Source: Acidobacteriota bacterium | Lineage (GTDB): Bacteria; Acidobacteriota; Polarisedimenticolia; JBFMGF01 | NCBI GenBank assembly: GCA_040752675.1 | Contig: JBFMGF010000061.1 | Span: 2,105 to 66,104 of the forward strand | DNA length: 64,000 nt | Direction: 5' to 3' | Part shown: one piece after another, positions 40,505 through 54,395 of the stretch | How positions within the stretch are numbered: the stretch's first letter is position 1 | Layout: each line of letters opens with the position of its first letter | Made by a program: the position numbers and the translations under genes | The notes under the pieces: model-generated | The model's database searches: none | Seen by the model: only the letters and a program-made list of their open reading frames with translations | What the model was told of the DNA's origin: nothing

Positions 40505-41845
40505 ATGAATATCTGGGACAAAATCTTGACGAAATTGCGCGACAAGATCGGCCTCCACAGGTTCGAAACCTGGTTCAGTCCCACTCGATTCATTTCCGAC
40601 AAAGACAGCATGCTGAAGATCAGCGTTCCGAATGAGCTTTTTGCACAGTGGCTGAAGACAAATTACAGCACAACCATCGAAGAAATACTCCAGGAAATGG
40701 AAGAGTCGCCGAGGAAGATTGATTTCGTGAGCACCATCAGCAACGCGGCTGCCCAGAAGGAAAGAGAACCCTCCAGAAAGGCTTTCTCTCTTACGCCTCC
40801 ATCGCAATCAGCGCTTCAGCCGATGCTCAATCCCAAGTACACATTTTCAAATTTCGTGGTGAGCAAATGCAACCAGTTTGCAAATGCTGCCGCTAAGGCG
40901 GTCGTCGAGGCTGTCGCCAAGAGGGTCCCCACCCAGTACAATCCTCTCTATATTTACGGTGGCGTCGGTCTCGGAAAGACTCATCTCATGCAGGCAATCG
41001 GCCATGAAGTGCACCGTGGAAACCCAAACACCAAGTTGATCTACATCTCCACGGAGAATTTCACGAATGAACTTATCAATGCCATCCGCTTCGAGAGGAC
41101 TCAGGCCTTCAGGGATAAATACCGGAATGTTTCGCTCCTTCTGATCGATGACATTCAGTTTCTGGCAGGGAAGGAGAGGACGCAGGAGGAGTTCTTCCAT
41201 ACATTCAACGCCCTCTATGACGCTAAGAAACAGATCGTGATCACCAGCGACTGCGCCCCCAAGGAGATCCCCACCCTCGAAGAAAGGCTCAAGTCCCGGT
41301 TCGAATGGGGCCTCATCGCCGATATCCAGGCCCCTGACCTCGAAACCAAAGTAGCCATCTTGGAAAAGAAAGCTGAAGCTGAAAAGTTCGATATACCGAA
41401 GGATGTTTCCATGTATATAGCCAGCCGGGTCAAATCGAACATCAGACAGCTTGAAGGGGCACTGGTAAAGCTATTGGCTTTTACCTCTTTCTCCGGAAGG
41501 GATGTTACCATCGATTTGGCTAAGGAGGTTCTTGAGAGTTTGTTCCAGGACGAAACCCCTCTCGTTACAGCCGAATCAATCCAGAAGTACATTGCCAACT
41601 ATTTCAACATAAAGGTATCGGAGCTGAAATCTAAGAATAATTCCAAGCAGATCGTTTATCCGCGCCAGATCGCCATGTATCTCTGCAAGACACTTACTGA
41701 TCTATCTCTTCCAGAAATAGGAAAAAAGTTTGGCGGCAAGCATCACTCGACAGTAATTCATTCCATCAAGAAGATAGAGGAAAAGCTGGAGTCTGATAAA
41801 GATTTCAATAAGCTTATTAACAGTTTTACCTCTTCTTTGAAATAG
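40505..41845 (+). CDS. dnaA: Chromosomal replication initiator DnaA
   Basis: GGVGLGKTHLMQAIG, LLIDDIQFLAGKERTQEEFFHTFN, and a C-terminal DNA-binding domain (IAMYLCKTLTDLSLPEIGKKFGGKHHSTVIHS). The ORF track starts at TTG 40472. I prefer ATG 40505 (MNIWDKIL...) because a DnaA-box-like 9-mer sits at 40475-40483. Confidence 0.95.
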   Translation: MNIWDKILTKLRDKIGLHRFETWFSPTRFISDKDSMLKISVPNELFAQWLKTNYSTTIEEILQEMEESPRKIDFVSTISNAAAQKEREPSRKAFSLTPPSQSALQPMLNPKYTFSNFVVSKCNQFANAAAKAVVEAVAKRVPTQYNPLYIYGGVGLGKTHLMQAIGHEVHRGNPNTKLIYISTENFTNELINAIRFERTQAFRDKYRNVSLLLIDDIQFLAGKERTQEEFFHTFNALYDAKKQIVITSDCAPKEIPTLEERLKSRFEWGLIADIQAPDLETKVAILEKKAEAEKFDIPKDVSMYIASRVKSNIRQLEGALVKLLAFTSFSGRDVTIDLAKEVLESLFQDETPLVTAESIQKYIANYFNIKVSELKSKNNSKQIVYPRQIAMYLCKTLTDLSLPEIGKKFGGKHHSTVIHSIKKIEEKLESDKDFNKLINSFTSSLK

Positions 41846-42121
41846 GGATAAAGATGTTTTTAAGAAATATTAAAGTTTTTCTTAATGTGGAAAAAAGATG
41901 TTGTTCGCTTTGCAGTAAAATATTTCAATCTTCTTCAGGAAATTTAAAAATTTTTCCAGAGTCAATCGGCATGTAAGTAAAAGCATTGTTCTCTTTTCAA
42001 CATCTTTTTTGCGACTACTATGATGACTTAAAAGAAATATTATTTAAGTTGTGATTAAAGAAAAAATGAATAAATCGCTGCAATCAAAATTTCATTAAAC
42101 AATAAACTATATGGAGCTAAT
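41846..42121. other. oriC: Candidate oriC (AT-rich dnaA-dnaN spacer with DnaA-box-like 9-mers)
   Basis: TGTGGAAAA at 41886-41894 is the reverse complement of TTTTCCACA, 1 mismatch from TTATCCACA. TTTTCCAGA at 41952-41960, TGTGATTAA at 42050-42058 and AGGGATAAA at 41843-41851 are each about 2 mismatches away. Long A/T runs could serve as an unwinding element. Gene orientation switches at this locus. Confidence 0.6.
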
Positions 42122-43234
42122 ATGGAACTCACAGTAAAGGCCTCAGATCTTCAAAGAGAGGTACAGCTTGTATATGGCGTCATAGAAAGAAAGGCAACCA
42201 TTCCCATTCTCTCAAACATCCTATTGAAGGCAATAAAGGGAGAGATCCAGCTCACCGCGACGGATATAGAAGTAACGATTAAAAGCTCCTGCCCGGCAAC
42301 GGTTTCTTCGGAAGGAGCCGTTACATTATTGGGACAGAAGATTTACGAGAGCATAAGATTTTTGCCCCCGGATGCAGAGATCAACATGAAGCTCAAAGAG
42401 AACAACTGGATGATAATACATTGTGAGCGAACCAAATACAGAATAGCCGGAATAGCAAGCGATGAATTTCCTATAATACAGGAATGTGACTACTCACAAG
42501 CCGTGACTCTCCAGTGGGCTCCCGTAAAACACATGATTAATAAAGTCATATTCGCTATTACCGCAGAAGATACAAGATATGCCCTTAGAGGAGCCCTGAT
42601 GGAACTTGACGAAAACGGAATAACGTTTGTTGCAACGGATGGTCACAGGCTGGCGTACATCCATAAGAATGAAAAAACAGGCTTAAAATCAGGAAAGATA
42701 TATCGATCCATTATTCCCAGAAAAGCTCTGCATGAGCTTCTAAAAGTTGACGATGAGAATCAGATTCTCTTCTATTCAGAAAGCGAGAACCATCTTTTCT
42801 TTAAGGTTGGGAACAGAGAGATCATAGCCAATGCCGTCGAGGGAGAGTTCCCCGATTATATGAAAATCCTGGCAGATCGAGAAGACAGGAAGATAAGAAT
42901 TGTGACACAGGAATTCATGGATGCCCTGAAGAGGGTATCCCCATTCTCAAGCGAAAAAATGAAGGGGGTTACCCTCAGCATGGAGGAGGGGAAGATGGAG
43001 ATCTTAGCCTCCAGTGCAGACCAGGGGGAGGCAGAAGAGACAATTCAGGCTGAGTACAGCGGGAAACAGATGAAGATAAATTTCAACGCTAGATATCTGG
43101 CAGAGTTCTTGACAGCCGTCGGCTCTGAGCAGATCGTCATGAATCTGAAAGACGAGAGCAGCCATGGGATGTTCAAGCCTGAGAATGGAGAAGAATTTCA
43201 ATACAAGTACGTCGTCATGCCGATGAGCACGTAA
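42122..43234 (+). CDS. dnaN: DNA polymerase III beta sliding clamp
   Basis: 370 aa with a three-domain clamp pattern (ILSNILLKA..., TATDGHRLA..., ...VVMPM). Confidence 0.95.
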   Translation: MELTVKASDLQREVQLVYGVIERKATIPILSNILLKAIKGEIQLTATDIEVTIKSSCPATVSSEGAVTLLGQKIYESIRFLPPDAEINMKLKENNWMIIHCERTKYRIAGIASDEFPIIQECDYSQAVTLQWAPVKHMINKVIFAITAEDTRYALRGALMELDENGITFVATDGHRLAYIHKNEKTGLKSGKIYRSIIPRKALHELLKVDDENQILFYSESENHLFFKVGNREIIANAVEGEFPDYMKILADREDRKIRIVTQEFMDALKRVSPFSSEKMKGVTLSMEEGKMEILASSADQGEAEETIQAEYSGKQMKINFNARYLAEFLTAVGSEQIVMNLKDESSHGMFKPENGEEFQYKYVVMPMST

Positions 43235-43253
43235 AGATATGCCGGGAGAGTAA

Positions 43254-45689
<2,436 letters not shown>

Positions 45690-45736
45690 TGTTTGCTAAT
45701 TTGTTAAAGAGGGCGAGATCGTTTCGCTTGTGACGT

Positions 45737-48172
45737 ATGGATCATACTGAGTCTAGAATCCCGGTCAACATCGAAGACGAGATGAAGAAGTCCTACATGG
45801 ACTATGCGATGAGCGTCATCATTGGCCGTGCCCTTCCCGACATCAGGGACGGGTTGAAGCCGGTCCATAGAAGGATCCTCTATGCAATGCACGATGCCGG
45901 GAATCACCACGAAAAACCGTACAGGAAATCTGCCAAAACGGTCGGCGAGGTCATCGGGAAATACCACCCGCATGGCGATGCCGCGGTTTACGACACAATC
46001 GTGAGGATGGCGCAGGACTTCTCCCTGCGCTACTGCCTGATAGACGGGCAGGGGAATTTCGGCTCGGTTGATGGAGACCCGCCTGCGGCAATGCGGTATA
46101 CCGAGATACGGATGGAGAAGATCACCCATGAGCTCCTGAGCGATATCGATAAAGAGACCGTGGATTTCGGGCCTAACTACGATGCTTCCGAGCAGGAACC
46201 CCTTGTTCTTCCTGCCTCCTTTCCGAACCTGATCATCAATGGCTCATCGGGAATTGCTGTCGGCATGGCGACGAATATCCCGCCTCACAACCTAAGTGAA
46301 GTCATAGACGCCGTAAAGATGGTAATCAACGATCCAGAAGTCACAACAGAAGAGCTCATGAAAGTACTTCCGGGTCCGGACTTTCCGACGGGGGCCTACA
46401 TCTATGGGATCAATGGCATCCGGGAAGCGTACGAAACGGGTAGGGGCAAGATCGTTGTACGGGCTAAGGCCGAGGTGGAGGTCGATCCAAAAAGGGATAA
46501 GGAAAGCATAATCATTACGGAAATTCCATATCAGGTTAACAAGGCTCAGCTCATTGAGGAGATCGCTCTCCTGATTAAGGACAAGAGAATTGAAGGAATC
46601 TCCGATATCAGGGATGAATCTGACCGCGAGGGAATCCGAATCGTCATGGAGGTCAAGAGAGGAGAACAATCAGCCGTCATCCTGAACAATCTGTACAAAC
46701 GAACGAATCTTCAGATTACCTTCGGCGCCATCTTCCTTGCAATAGTAAACAACCAGCCCAAGATTCTCTCGCTCAAGGAGCTGATCAAGCATTTCATCGA
46801 TTTCAGGAAAGAAGTAGTCATTAGAAAGACAACCTTTGGGCTAAGGAAGGCGGAAGAGAAGGCCCACATCCTGGAAGGGCTGAAGATCGCCATCGACCAT
46901 CTGGATGAAGTCATAAATCTCATCAAGAAGTCCAAGACCCCTCCTGAGGCGAAAGAGGCCTTGATCAGAAGGTTCAACTTCAGCGACATCCAGGCCCAGT
47001 CCATCCTCGACATGAAACTGCAGAGACTCACCGGGCTGGAGAGGGAAAAGATTGCCGATGATTATCAGCAGACTCTGATGCTAATCGAAAAGATGAAGCA
47101 GATCCTCGCCAGCGAGCGCCTCGTGCTTCAGATCATCTTGGAAGACATCGAGAGGATTAAGAAGGAATACGCCGACCAGAGAAGAACTCATATCGTTGCG
47201 GAGACGAAAGAGATCACCCTTGAAGACATGATCGCTGAAGAAGAAATGGTCATTACCTGTAGCCATTCCGGATACATCAAGAGGAGTCCCCTCTCCAGTT
47301 ACAGGAGCCAGAGGAGGGGCGGCAAGGGCAAGATCGGGATGACAACCAAGGAAGAGGACTTCGTCGAACATCTCTTCATCGCCTCGACACATTCATACAT
47401 CCTGGTTTTCACGGATTCGGGCAAGGTGCACTGGCTGAAGGTGCATGAGATCCCGGAGGTCGGGTCCGCGGGGAAGGGAAAGGCCATTGTCAATCTTATC
47501 AACATATCGTCGGGAGAAAGGGTGGCAGCTCTCCTCTCCGTGAAATCATTCGAAGAGGGGAAATTCATCCTGATGGCCACAAAGAAAGGGTTCGTGAAGA
47601 AAACGGATCTCACCGCCTTTTCCAATCCGAGAGCAGGCGGCATCAGAGCTCTGACCATCGATGAAGAGGATGACCTCTTTTCCGTAAAATTGACGGACAA
47701 CCAGGGGGAGGTCTTTATCGCAACGCATGGCGGAAAATCGATACGGTTCAATGAGAAAGAGATCAGACCCATGGGGCGTGCTGCGCGTGGTGTGCGTGGC
47801 ATACGATTGCGAAAGGATGATTACCTAGTCGAGATGGAGGCACTTTCCGGCCAACGCCAGATCCTGACCGTGACCGAGAAGGGGTTTGGCAAGAGGACGG
47901 ACATCAAGGAGTACAGGGTTCAGGGAAGAGGAGGGAGCGGTATCATCAATATCAAGACCACCCAGAGGAATGGCAAGGTAGTGGGCGTCATGGCGGTGGA
48001 GGATGAAGACCAGGTCATGATGATCACACTTCAGGGGAAGATCATCAGGATGAGGATCAATGGGATCAGCATCTTCCGTAGGAGCACGCAAGGCGTGAGG
48101 CTAATTGAACTGGATGAGGGAGATGAAGTCGTTTCGGTCGTCAAAGTAGTAGAAAAGGAGGAGGAAGAATGA
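45737..48172 (+). CDS. gyrA: DNA gyrase subunit A
   Basis: [24 protein letters not shown] and AAMRYTEIR (active-site Tyr), plus C-terminal beta-pinwheel repeats. Confidence 0.97.
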   Translation: MDHTESRIPVNIEDEMKKSYMDYAMSVIIGRALPDIRDGLKPVHRRILYAMHDAGNHHEKPYRKSAKTVGEVIGKYHPHGDAAVYDTIVRMAQDFSLRYCLIDGQGNFGSVDGDPPAAMRYTEIRMEKITHELLSDIDKETVDFGPNYDASEQEPLVLPASFPNLIINGSSGIAVGMATNIPPHNLSEVIDAVKMVINDPEVTTEELMKVLPGPDFPTGAYIYGINGIREAYETGRGKIVVRAKAEVEVDPKRDKESIIITEIPYQVNKAQLIEEIALLIKDKRIEGISDIRDESDREGIRIVMEVKRGEQSAVILNNLYKRTNLQITFGAIFLAIVNNQPKILSLKELIKHFIDFRKEVVIRKTTFGLRKAEEKAHILEGLKIAIDHLDEVINLIKKSKTPPEAKEALIRRFNFSDIQAQSILDMKLQRLTGLEREKIADDYQQTLMLIEKMKQILASERLVLQIILEDIERIKKEYADQRRTHIVAETKEITLEDMIAEEEMVITCSHSGYIKRSPLSSYRSQRRGGKGKIGMTTKEEDFVEHLFIASTHSYILVFTDSGKVHWLKVHEIPEVGSAGKGKAIVNLINISSGERVAALLSVKSFEEGKFILMATKKGFVKKTDLTAFSNPRAGGIRALTIDEEDDLFSVKLTDNQGEVFIATHGGKSIRFNEKEIRPMGRAARGVRGIRLRKDDYLVEMEALSGQRQILTVTEKGFGKRTDIKEYRVQGRGGSGIINIKTTQRNGKVVGVMAVEDEDQVMMITLQGKIIRMRINGISIFRRSTQGVRLIELDEGDEVVSVVKVVEKEEEE

Positions 48173-48813
48173 AATTCTTCATCGATACGGCAGATCTGAA
48201 GGAAATCAGGGAGGCAGAGAAGCTTGGTATCCTTGACGGAGTCACGACAAATCCGACGCTGGTCGCAAAAACGGGTTGCAAATTCGAAGATATCATCAGG
48301 GATATCTGCTCCATCGTCGATGGCCCGATCAGCGCGGAAGTCCTGAGCCTCGATGTGGACGGGATGGTCGCCGAAGCCAGGAAGTTATCCCGGATCCATA
48401 AGAACATCATCGTGAAAATCCCTATCACGGAAGATGGCCTAAGGACGGTAAAAATACTGGCTGCGGATGGGATTAAAACCAACATCACGTTGATCTTTTC
48501 TCCATCCCAGGCTCTCCTGGCCGCCAAGGTGGGTGCGGCCTACGTCAGCCCGTTTGTGGGAAGACTCGATGATGCAAGTCACGACGGAATGGATATCGTC
48601 AGAGATGTCAAAAAAATCTACGCTAATTATGGTTTCAAGACGCAGATCATCGTTGCCAGCATCAGGCATCCCCGTCACGTGGTAGAAGCAGCGCTGGCAG
48701 GAGCGGACATAGCCACCATTCCTTTTTCCGTCATCAAAAGCCTGGTGAAACATCCGCTGACAGATGTAGGGATCAAAAGATTCCTGCAGGACTGGGAAAA
48801 GGTTCCCAGATGA
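48169..48813 (+). CDS. tal: Transaldolase / fructose-6-phosphate aldolase (short TalC/Fsa type)
   Basis: 214 aa: [13 protein letters not shown]..., [15 protein letters not shown] and [10 protein letters not shown]-like [13 protein letters not shown]. Confidence 0.9.
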   Translation: MKFFIDTADLKEIREAEKLGILDGVTTNPTLVAKTGCKFEDIIRDICSIVDGPISAEVLSLDVDGMVAEARKLSRIHKNIIVKIPITEDGLRTVKILAADGIKTNITLIFSPSQALLAAKVGAAYVSPFVGRLDDASHDGMDIVRDVKKIYANYGFKTQIIVASIRHPRHVVEAALAGADIATIPFSVIKSLVKHPLTDVGIKRFLQDWEKVPR

Positions 48814-48855
48814 GTAAGCCGCTACAAGCTAAAGCGGCGCAACCTTTGCCACTAT

Positions 48856-49077
48856 TTGGGTACAGTCTGTACGATGCCTATATACGAATATATATGCCCC
48901 CGGTGCGAGGAAAAGTTTGAAAAGCTCGTTCTGAAGGTGAGCTCCGAAGTCTCTTGTCCAAGGTGCGGTCGATCTGATGTTGAGAAACTCTTCTCCTCGT
49001 TTGCAACGGTGGGGAGGCCCAAAGGGCAGGAAAAGGCATGTGGTTCTTGCAAGAGCAAAAACTGCTCGGTCTGTTGA
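48856..49077 (+). CDS. FmdB-family zinc-ribbon protein (CxxC...CxxC)
   Basis: MPIYEYICPRCEEKFE...VSCPRCG. The likely start is ATG 48874. Confidence 0.75.
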   Translation: MGTVCTMPIYEYICPRCEEKFEKLVLKVSSEVSCPRCGRSDVEKLFSSFATVGRPKGQEKACGSCKSKNCSVC

Positions 49078-49136
49078 AAATTTCTCCCGGTAACAAGCGA
49101 TGCTGATCGGTACAGCAATGCAAGCTGCAGAAAAGG

Positions 49137-50753
49137 ATGAGGAGGTTTTCCCGGCGAGAGAATCGTCTCGATAAGAAATGTGACAGTATCGATAAGGGGG
49201 GTGGCATGGGTTACGATAAGATCGAAGAACTCAGGAAGAGGAGGGAAGAGGTTCTTGCTGGCGGGGGAGAAGAGAAAATCAGCAAGCAGCATCAGGCAGG
49301 GAAGCTAACCGCGCGGGAAAGGGTCGACCTTCTTCTCGATGCTGGAACCTTTCAGGAGATAGACCCCTTCGTCAAGCACCGCTGCATTGATTTCGGGATG
49401 GATAAAATGCGGATACCCGGAGATGGAGTAGTAACGGGTCACGGAAAGATCGATGGAAGGGATATCTTCCTCTTCGCCCAGGATTTTACGATCTTCGGCG
49501 GTTCGCTCAGTGAGACTTATGCCGCCAAGATCTGCAAGATAATGGATCTGGCGATGAAGATAGGAGTCCCCATAATCGGGCTCAACGACTCGGGAGGAGC
49601 AAGGATCCAGGAAGGAGTAGTTTCTCTCGCCGGCTATGCCGATATATTTTTGCGAAATACCCTCATCTCAGGTGTCGTCCCCCAGATATCCGCCATAATG
49701 GGGCCATGCGCGGGTGGTGCCGTCTATTCACCCGCCATCACCGATTTCAACATCATGGTGAAGGGCTCCAGCTACATGTTCATCACGGGGCCGGATGTCA
49801 TCAAGACAGTAACACACGAAGAGGTCACCAAAGAAAAGCTGGGTGGCGCCATGACGCATAACACCATTAGCGGCGTTGCGCACTTTGCCGCAGAGGACGA
49901 CCGGGATGCCCTTATGATAATCAGAGAGCTCCTGAGCTATATTCCATCCAACAACAGGGAGGACCCCCCGGTTCGTGAAACGGACGATCCACCAGATCGG
50001 GAAGACGAGTCGCTCGATTCAATCGTCCCGGATAACCCGAACCAACCCTATGATATGAAGAAGATCATAACAACCGTCGTGGACAATAATCACTTTTTCG
50101 AGATCCACAAGCATTTTGCAAAGAATATCATCATAGGTTTTGGAAGGTTGAACGGCCGCCCTGTAGGGATAATCGCCAATCAACCATCCGTTCTTGCCGG
50201 AACGCTTGACATAGATGCCTCCGTCAAGGGAGCGCGTTTCGTGAGATTCTGCGATGCCTTCAATATCCCTCTCATAACGTTCGAGGATGTTCCAGGATTC
50301 CTGCCCGGAACGGCGCAGGAGTTTGGCGGGATCATCAAGCATGGGGCCAAGCTGCTGTTTGCTTATGCCGAGGCCACCGTTCCCAAGATCACCATCATAA
50401 CCCGAAAGTCATACGGGGGTGCTTACTGTGTCATGGCGAGCAAGCAGATCAGGACCGACTTAAATTTAGCCTATCCTACGGCGGAGATAGCAGTGATGGG
50501 ACCGGAAGGAGCGGTCAATATCATTTACAAAAAAGAAGTGCCGAAGGCCGCAAACAAAGATGAATTCCTGAAAAAAAAGGTGGAGGAGTTCAGGAAGAAG
50601 TTTGCCAACCCGTATGTAGCGGCCGAGAGGGGATACATCGATGAGGTCATCCGGCCAGCGGAGACGAGGAAGAAGCTTATTAGAGCCCTCTCTCTCTTGG
50701 AAAATAAGGTCGATTACAATCCCGCCAAGAAGCACGGGAATATTCCGCTGTGA
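49137..50753 (+). CDS. Acyl-CoA carboxylase carboxyltransferase subunit (propionyl-CoA carboxylase beta / methylmalonyl-CoA carboxyltransferase 12S-like)
   Basis: [53 protein letters not shown] and [13 protein letters not shown]. The likely start is the internal MGYDKIEEL (49206). Confidence 0.9.
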   Translation: MRRFSRRENRLDKKCDSIDKGGGMGYDKIEELRKRREEVLAGGGEEKISKQHQAGKLTARERVDLLLDAGTFQEIDPFVKHRCIDFGMDKMRIPGDGVVTGHGKIDGRDIFLFAQDFTIFGGSLSETYAAKICKIMDLAMKIGVPIIGLNDSGGARIQEGVVSLAGYADIFLRNTLISGVVPQISAIMGPCAGGAVYSPAITDFNIMVKGSSYMFITGPDVIKTVTHEEVTKEKLGGAMTHNTISGVAHFAAEDDRDALMIIRELLSYIPSNNREDPPVRETDDPPDREDESLDSIVPDNPNQPYDMKKIITTVVDNNHFFEIHKHFAKNIIIGFGRLNGRPVGIIANQPSVLAGTLDIDASVKGARFVRFCDAFNIPLITFEDVPGFLPGTAQEFGGIIKHGAKLLFAYAEATVPKITIITRKSYGGAYCVMASKQIRTDLNLAYPTAEIAVMGPEGAVNIIYKKEVPKAANKDEFLKKKVEEFRKKFANPYVAAERGYIDEVIRPAETRKKLIRALSLLENKVDYNPAKKHGNIPL

Positions 50754-50759
50754 CGAGAA

Positions 50760-52253
50760 ATGTTTAAGAAGATACTGATTGCGAATAGAGGTGAGATCGC
50801 CGTCAGAGTCATGAGAGCCTGCCGGGAGATGGGGATCAGGACCGTCGCAGTTTTTTCGGAGGTGGACAGGGAATCCCTTCACATCCGGTTCGCCGATGAA
50901 GCTTATCCGATCGGCCCCGCGCCATCCATGGAGAGCTATCTCAGGATTGATAAGATCATCCAGGTAGCTCACGAAAGCGGCGCGGAAGCGGTCCATCCGG
51001 GTTATGGCTTCCTCTCCGAAAATCCGCTTTTTGCCGAGGCATGCAGGAAAGAGGGGATCATCTTCATCGGTCCCTCCCACGAATCGATGAAGGCAATGGG
51101 AAATAAGGTCTATGCGAGAGAGCTGATGAAGAGAACGGGTGTGCCGGTAATCCCCGGGACTGGCAATCTCCCAGATGACATGGCCAGCATCAAGAAGATT
51201 GCATCAGAGCTTGGATACCCCGTCATGGTAAAGGCATCAGCAGGAGGTGGCGGGAAGGGGATGAGGATCGTTCGGGATGAGGGAGAGATCGAAAGCTGTG
51301 TCAGGGGAGCCAGATCGGAAGCTGGATCAGCTTTTGGAGACCCATCGGTTTATCTGGAGAGATATTTTCCAGCACCGCGGCACATTGAAGTCCAGATCCT
51401 CGGAGATCAGTATGGAAATGTCGTCCATCTCTTTGAGAGGGAGTGTTCCATCCAGCGGAGGCATCAGAAGCTGATCGAGGAATCGCCATCGGTCGTAGTG
51501 GATGCGGCAACACGGGAAAAGCTCGGCGATCTGGCGGTGAAGGCAGCTGAAGCCGTCCAGTATGTCGCAGCCGGGACAATCGAATTCCTCAGAGACGAGC
51601 GTGGTGAGTTCTATTTCATGGAGATGAACACGAGGCTCCAGGTGGAGCATCCCGTCACGGAGCTTGTCGCCGGGATCGACCTCGTCAAGGAGATGATAAA
51701 GATAGCGGCGGGGGAGAGACTTTCCTTCAAACAGGAAGATCTGAAGATGCGTGGGTCCGCCATCGAATGCAGGATCTATGCGGAAGATTCGGAGCACGCC
51801 TTTATGCCTTCTCCGGGGAAGGTAGAGTTCATCCGCGCTCCAGGAGGCCCAGGTGTGAGAGATGACAGCGGCATATATCCCGGTTACACGGTACCCGTAT
51901 ATTATGATCCCCTCATCGCGAAACTCGTGGTCTGGGGGAAAGACAGAAACGAGGCGCTCCAGAGGATGAGAAGAGCTCTCGATGAGTACTCCATCCAAGG
52001 GATCAAAACGACCATACCGTTCCACAGGAAGGTTTTGAAGCATAAGGATTTCATCGCCGGGGAATTCGATACATCCTTTGTAGAAAAACTAAACAGCTTC
52101 ATGTTGCCTGCAGAAGGGATCCATGAAATTGCGATAATAGGCGCTGCTATCGCGGCCCTCGAGAGGAGGAGGCCAGTCAGCATTCAAAGAGAGGCAGCGG
52201 CCAGCCGTTGGAAGATCGACGGGAGGAGCAAAGCTCTCAAGAACAGGCTTTAA
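50760..52253 (+). CDS. accC: Biotin carboxylase subunit
   Basis: KILIANRGEIAVRVMRACREMGI, the ATP-grasp segment GYPVMVKASAGGGGKGMRIV, and EMNTRLQVEHPVTE. Confidence 0.95.
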   Translation: MFKKILIANRGEIAVRVMRACREMGIRTVAVFSEVDRESLHIRFADEAYPIGPAPSMESYLRIDKIIQVAHESGAEAVHPGYGFLSENPLFAEACRKEGIIFIGPSHESMKAMGNKVYARELMKRTGVPVIPGTGNLPDDMASIKKIASELGYPVMVKASAGGGGKGMRIVRDEGEIESCVRGARSEAGSAFGDPSVYLERYFPAPRHIEVQILGDQYGNVVHLFERECSIQRRHQKLIEESPSVVVDAATREKLGDLAVKAAEAVQYVAAGTIEFLRDERGEFYFMEMNTRLQVEHPVTELVAGIDLVKEMIKIAAGERLSFKQEDLKMRGSAIECRIYAEDSEHAFMPSPGKVEFIRAPGGPGVRDDSGIYPGYTVPVYYDPLIAKLVVWGKDRNEALQRMRRALDEYSIQGIKTTIPFHRKVLKHKDFIAGEFDTSFVEKLNSFMLPAEGIHEIAIIGAAIAALERRRPVSIQREAAASRWKIDGRSKALKNRL

Positions 52254-52759
52254 GCCGGTGGTGCATGTTACTGGAAGCAAGAACAGAGAAGGGAGCCGTT
52301 CTCGTCAGAGTTGAAAAGCTGGGAGACTCTTACAGGATCTTCCTCGGCGAGAAGGAGTTCAACGTCAACGTCAAGAAGGTGGAAAAATCTTTCTATTCAA
52401 TCTTGCATGATAACAGAACGTATGATCTCTCGGTTGAAGACAGCGGGAAACATGTCCAGGTGACTCTGAACGGGGAGACCTTCCATATTGAGCTCGTCAA
52501 TCCTCTCTATGCTGCCACAGGCGCGGGCGCGGAAGAGATCAAGGGACGGCAGGTCATCAAATCGGTCATGCCGGGAAAAGTGATCAAGCTCCTCGTATCG
52601 GAAGGGGATTCGGTGGATGAGGGGCAGGGGCTTCTGATCATTGAAGCCATGAAGATGGAAAACGAGATAGCATCGCCCAAATCAGGCAGGGTTACCGAAA
52701 TAAAAGTCAGGGAAGGATGGACGGTGGAGGCTGATGCCGAGCTCCTCGTTGTCGATTGA
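52208..52759 (+). CDS. Biotin carboxyl carrier / biotinyl-domain protein
   Basis: C-terminal biotinylation motif LLIIEAMKMENEIASP. The likely start is the internal MLLEARTEKG (52265). Confidence 0.8.
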   Translation: MEDRREEQSSQEQALSRWCMLLEARTEKGAVLVRVEKLGDSYRIFLGEKEFNVNVKKVEKSFYSILHDNRTYDLSVEDSGKHVQVTLNGETFHIELVNPLYAATGAGAEEIKGRQVIKSVMPGKVIKLLVSEGDSVDEGQGLLIIEAMKMENEIASPKSGRVTEIKVREGWTVEADAELLVVD

Positions 52760-52765
52760 CTTGAC

Positions 52766-53179
52766 TCAGCAGAGAACGACTTTCTTTCCTTTCGCTGCTC
52801 CCCGCTGTGCCGCTTTTTCTATGAACTCGCGAAGGAGATGAGCCTGCGCGTTCTCCATTTCTTTGAAAAAGAGGGCAAGCAGATATCTGTTTTTGTTCTT
52901 GCCTTTCTTGATCTTCTCGCTTCTCACGACATAAGCATGGATTGAAAGAGGCACGTCCGCAGATAGTTTATGGCCGTCCGTTTCGTGGAGGTAGAGATGC
53001 ATCAGGAGCTTCGTCATGACGGGAAAGTTCACCTTAGAGATACAGCACGCCCCTCCCAGACTGATGTTCGTGCACTGCAGCTCCATGAAGCCGTTTCTCC
53101 CTTCCGCAGGCTTCAATCTCAAGCTCTTGGCGACCCGGTTGTGTTTCCTTCTGTCTTTGCTTTCTGGACTCATGAACAA
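52766..53179 (-). CDS. PilZ-domain protein (putative c-di-GMP receptor)
   Basis: RRKHNRV (RxxxR) and NISLGGACC (D/NxSxxG) motifs at appropriate spacing. Confidence 0.7.
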   Translation of the reverse strand: MFMSPESKDRRKHNRVAKSLRLKPAEGRNGFMELQCTNISLGGACCISKVNFPVMTKLLMHLYLHETDGHKLSADVPLSIHAYVVRSEKIKKGKNKNRYLLALFFKEMENAQAHLLREFIEKAAQRGAAKGKKVVLC

Positions 53180-53359
53180 ATTTTCTGAAAATCAATTATC
53201 ATCATATTTTGATTTACTCCGATAGTCAACGAAATTCTTTCTTACGCTTTGATTGGCAATTAAATCCGTCTCTGGAATGATGTTCTACTCTGTCGAAATA
53301 CACTGATGGATTGATACAATACAAGAATAAATTGTATTATAAGTTATCAAGGGGAGTGA

Positions 53360-54112
53360 ATGGAAAGGAAAGAGATTGAAAAGATGCTAAGGAAAGTGCG
53401 CGGGGGGAGCCTCTCCATTTCTGCGGCATTGGAAAAATTAAAGAACTTTGCGTTTGAAGACATCGGATTTGCAAGGATAGATCATCATCGCCATTTGAGA
53501 CGAGGATTCCCGGAAGTCATCTTCGGGCAGGGGAAAAAAGATGATCAGATCATCGAGATCATCAAGAGGATGAGAGCCAGAAAGCAATCTGTCTTTGTGA
53601 CGAGGGCGTCACGCGATCTCTTCAGGAAGGTAAAGAAACTCTATAAGAACGCTTGTTTCAACGAATTGGCCCGTGCCATCACAATCATTCCGGAGGGGAT
53701 CAAACCTGAACGCAGCGGCATCCTTGTCGTGACGGCCGGGACATCCGATGTCCCGGTAGCCGAAGAGGCTGCTCTCACAGCAGAGGTCCTTGGAGAAAAA
53801 GTTGAGAGGATCTACGATGTAGGAGTGGCGGGGCTGCACAGGTTGATCAGCGTAAAGGATAACATTCTTGAAGCGAATGTCATCATAGTTGTTGCCGGTA
53901 TGGAAGGAGCATTGCCGAGCGTCATAGCTGGACTGGTGGACAAACCTGTCATTGGAGTCCCAACAAGTACAGGGTATGGAACTAGTTTTAGTGGCGTAGG
54001 AGCCTTGCTGGGTATGTTAAACAGCTGCGCTTCCGGCCTGGTCGTCGTAAATATCGACAACGGTTTTGGCGCTGGATGCGCAGCCTCGCTGATCAACAGG
54101 CTGACAAGTTAA
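53360..54112 (+). CDS. larB: LarB-like PurE-fold protein (pyridinium-3,5-biscarboxylic acid mononucleotide synthase family)
   Basis: 250 aa: FARIDHHRHLRRGFPEVIFGQGK at the N-terminal region, then the PurE-like segment GILVVTAGTSDVPVAEEA...VVAGMEGALPSV. Confidence 0.8.
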   Translation: MERKEIEKMLRKVRGGSLSISAALEKLKNFAFEDIGFARIDHHRHLRRGFPEVIFGQGKKDDQIIEIIKRMRARKQSVFVTRASRDLFRKVKKLYKNACFNELARAITIIPEGIKPERSGILVVTAGTSDVPVAEEAALTAEVLGEKVERIYDVGVAGLHRLISVKDNILEANVIIVVAGMEGALPSVIAGLVDKPVIGVPTSTGYGTSFSGVGALLGMLNSCASGLVVVNIDNGFGAGCAASLINRLTS

Positions 54113-54216
54113 TCGCCGGCATTACAATTTCGTAAACCAGCTTATCTATTGAAAATTAAGCAGATATTTCCAAGGAAGCGAATTAATCCTCCCCTTAAAT
54201 TTTTGCTGACTATTCC

Positions 54217-54245
54217 TTGACAAAACTCATATTGGAGAATATATT
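54217..54245 (+). promoter_or_regulatory. Sigma-70-type promoter (TTGACA-17 nt-TATATT) for rpsU-dnaG-rpoD
   Basis: TTGACA at 54217-54222 and TATATT at 54240-54245. It lies ~145 nt upstream of rpsU. Confidence 0.5.
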
Positions 54246-54395
54246 CTACAAAGATGTTCATGCCCTAACTGTTTGAATGCAGTATGAGTTATAGTTCTTT
54301 TTAGCCATCGGCAAGCGAGTGGAGGGAGATATAGCAGAAATTTACATGATGGTTGGAAAGAGATAGATTTCTAGAAAGAGAGGAGGGAGATCTGA

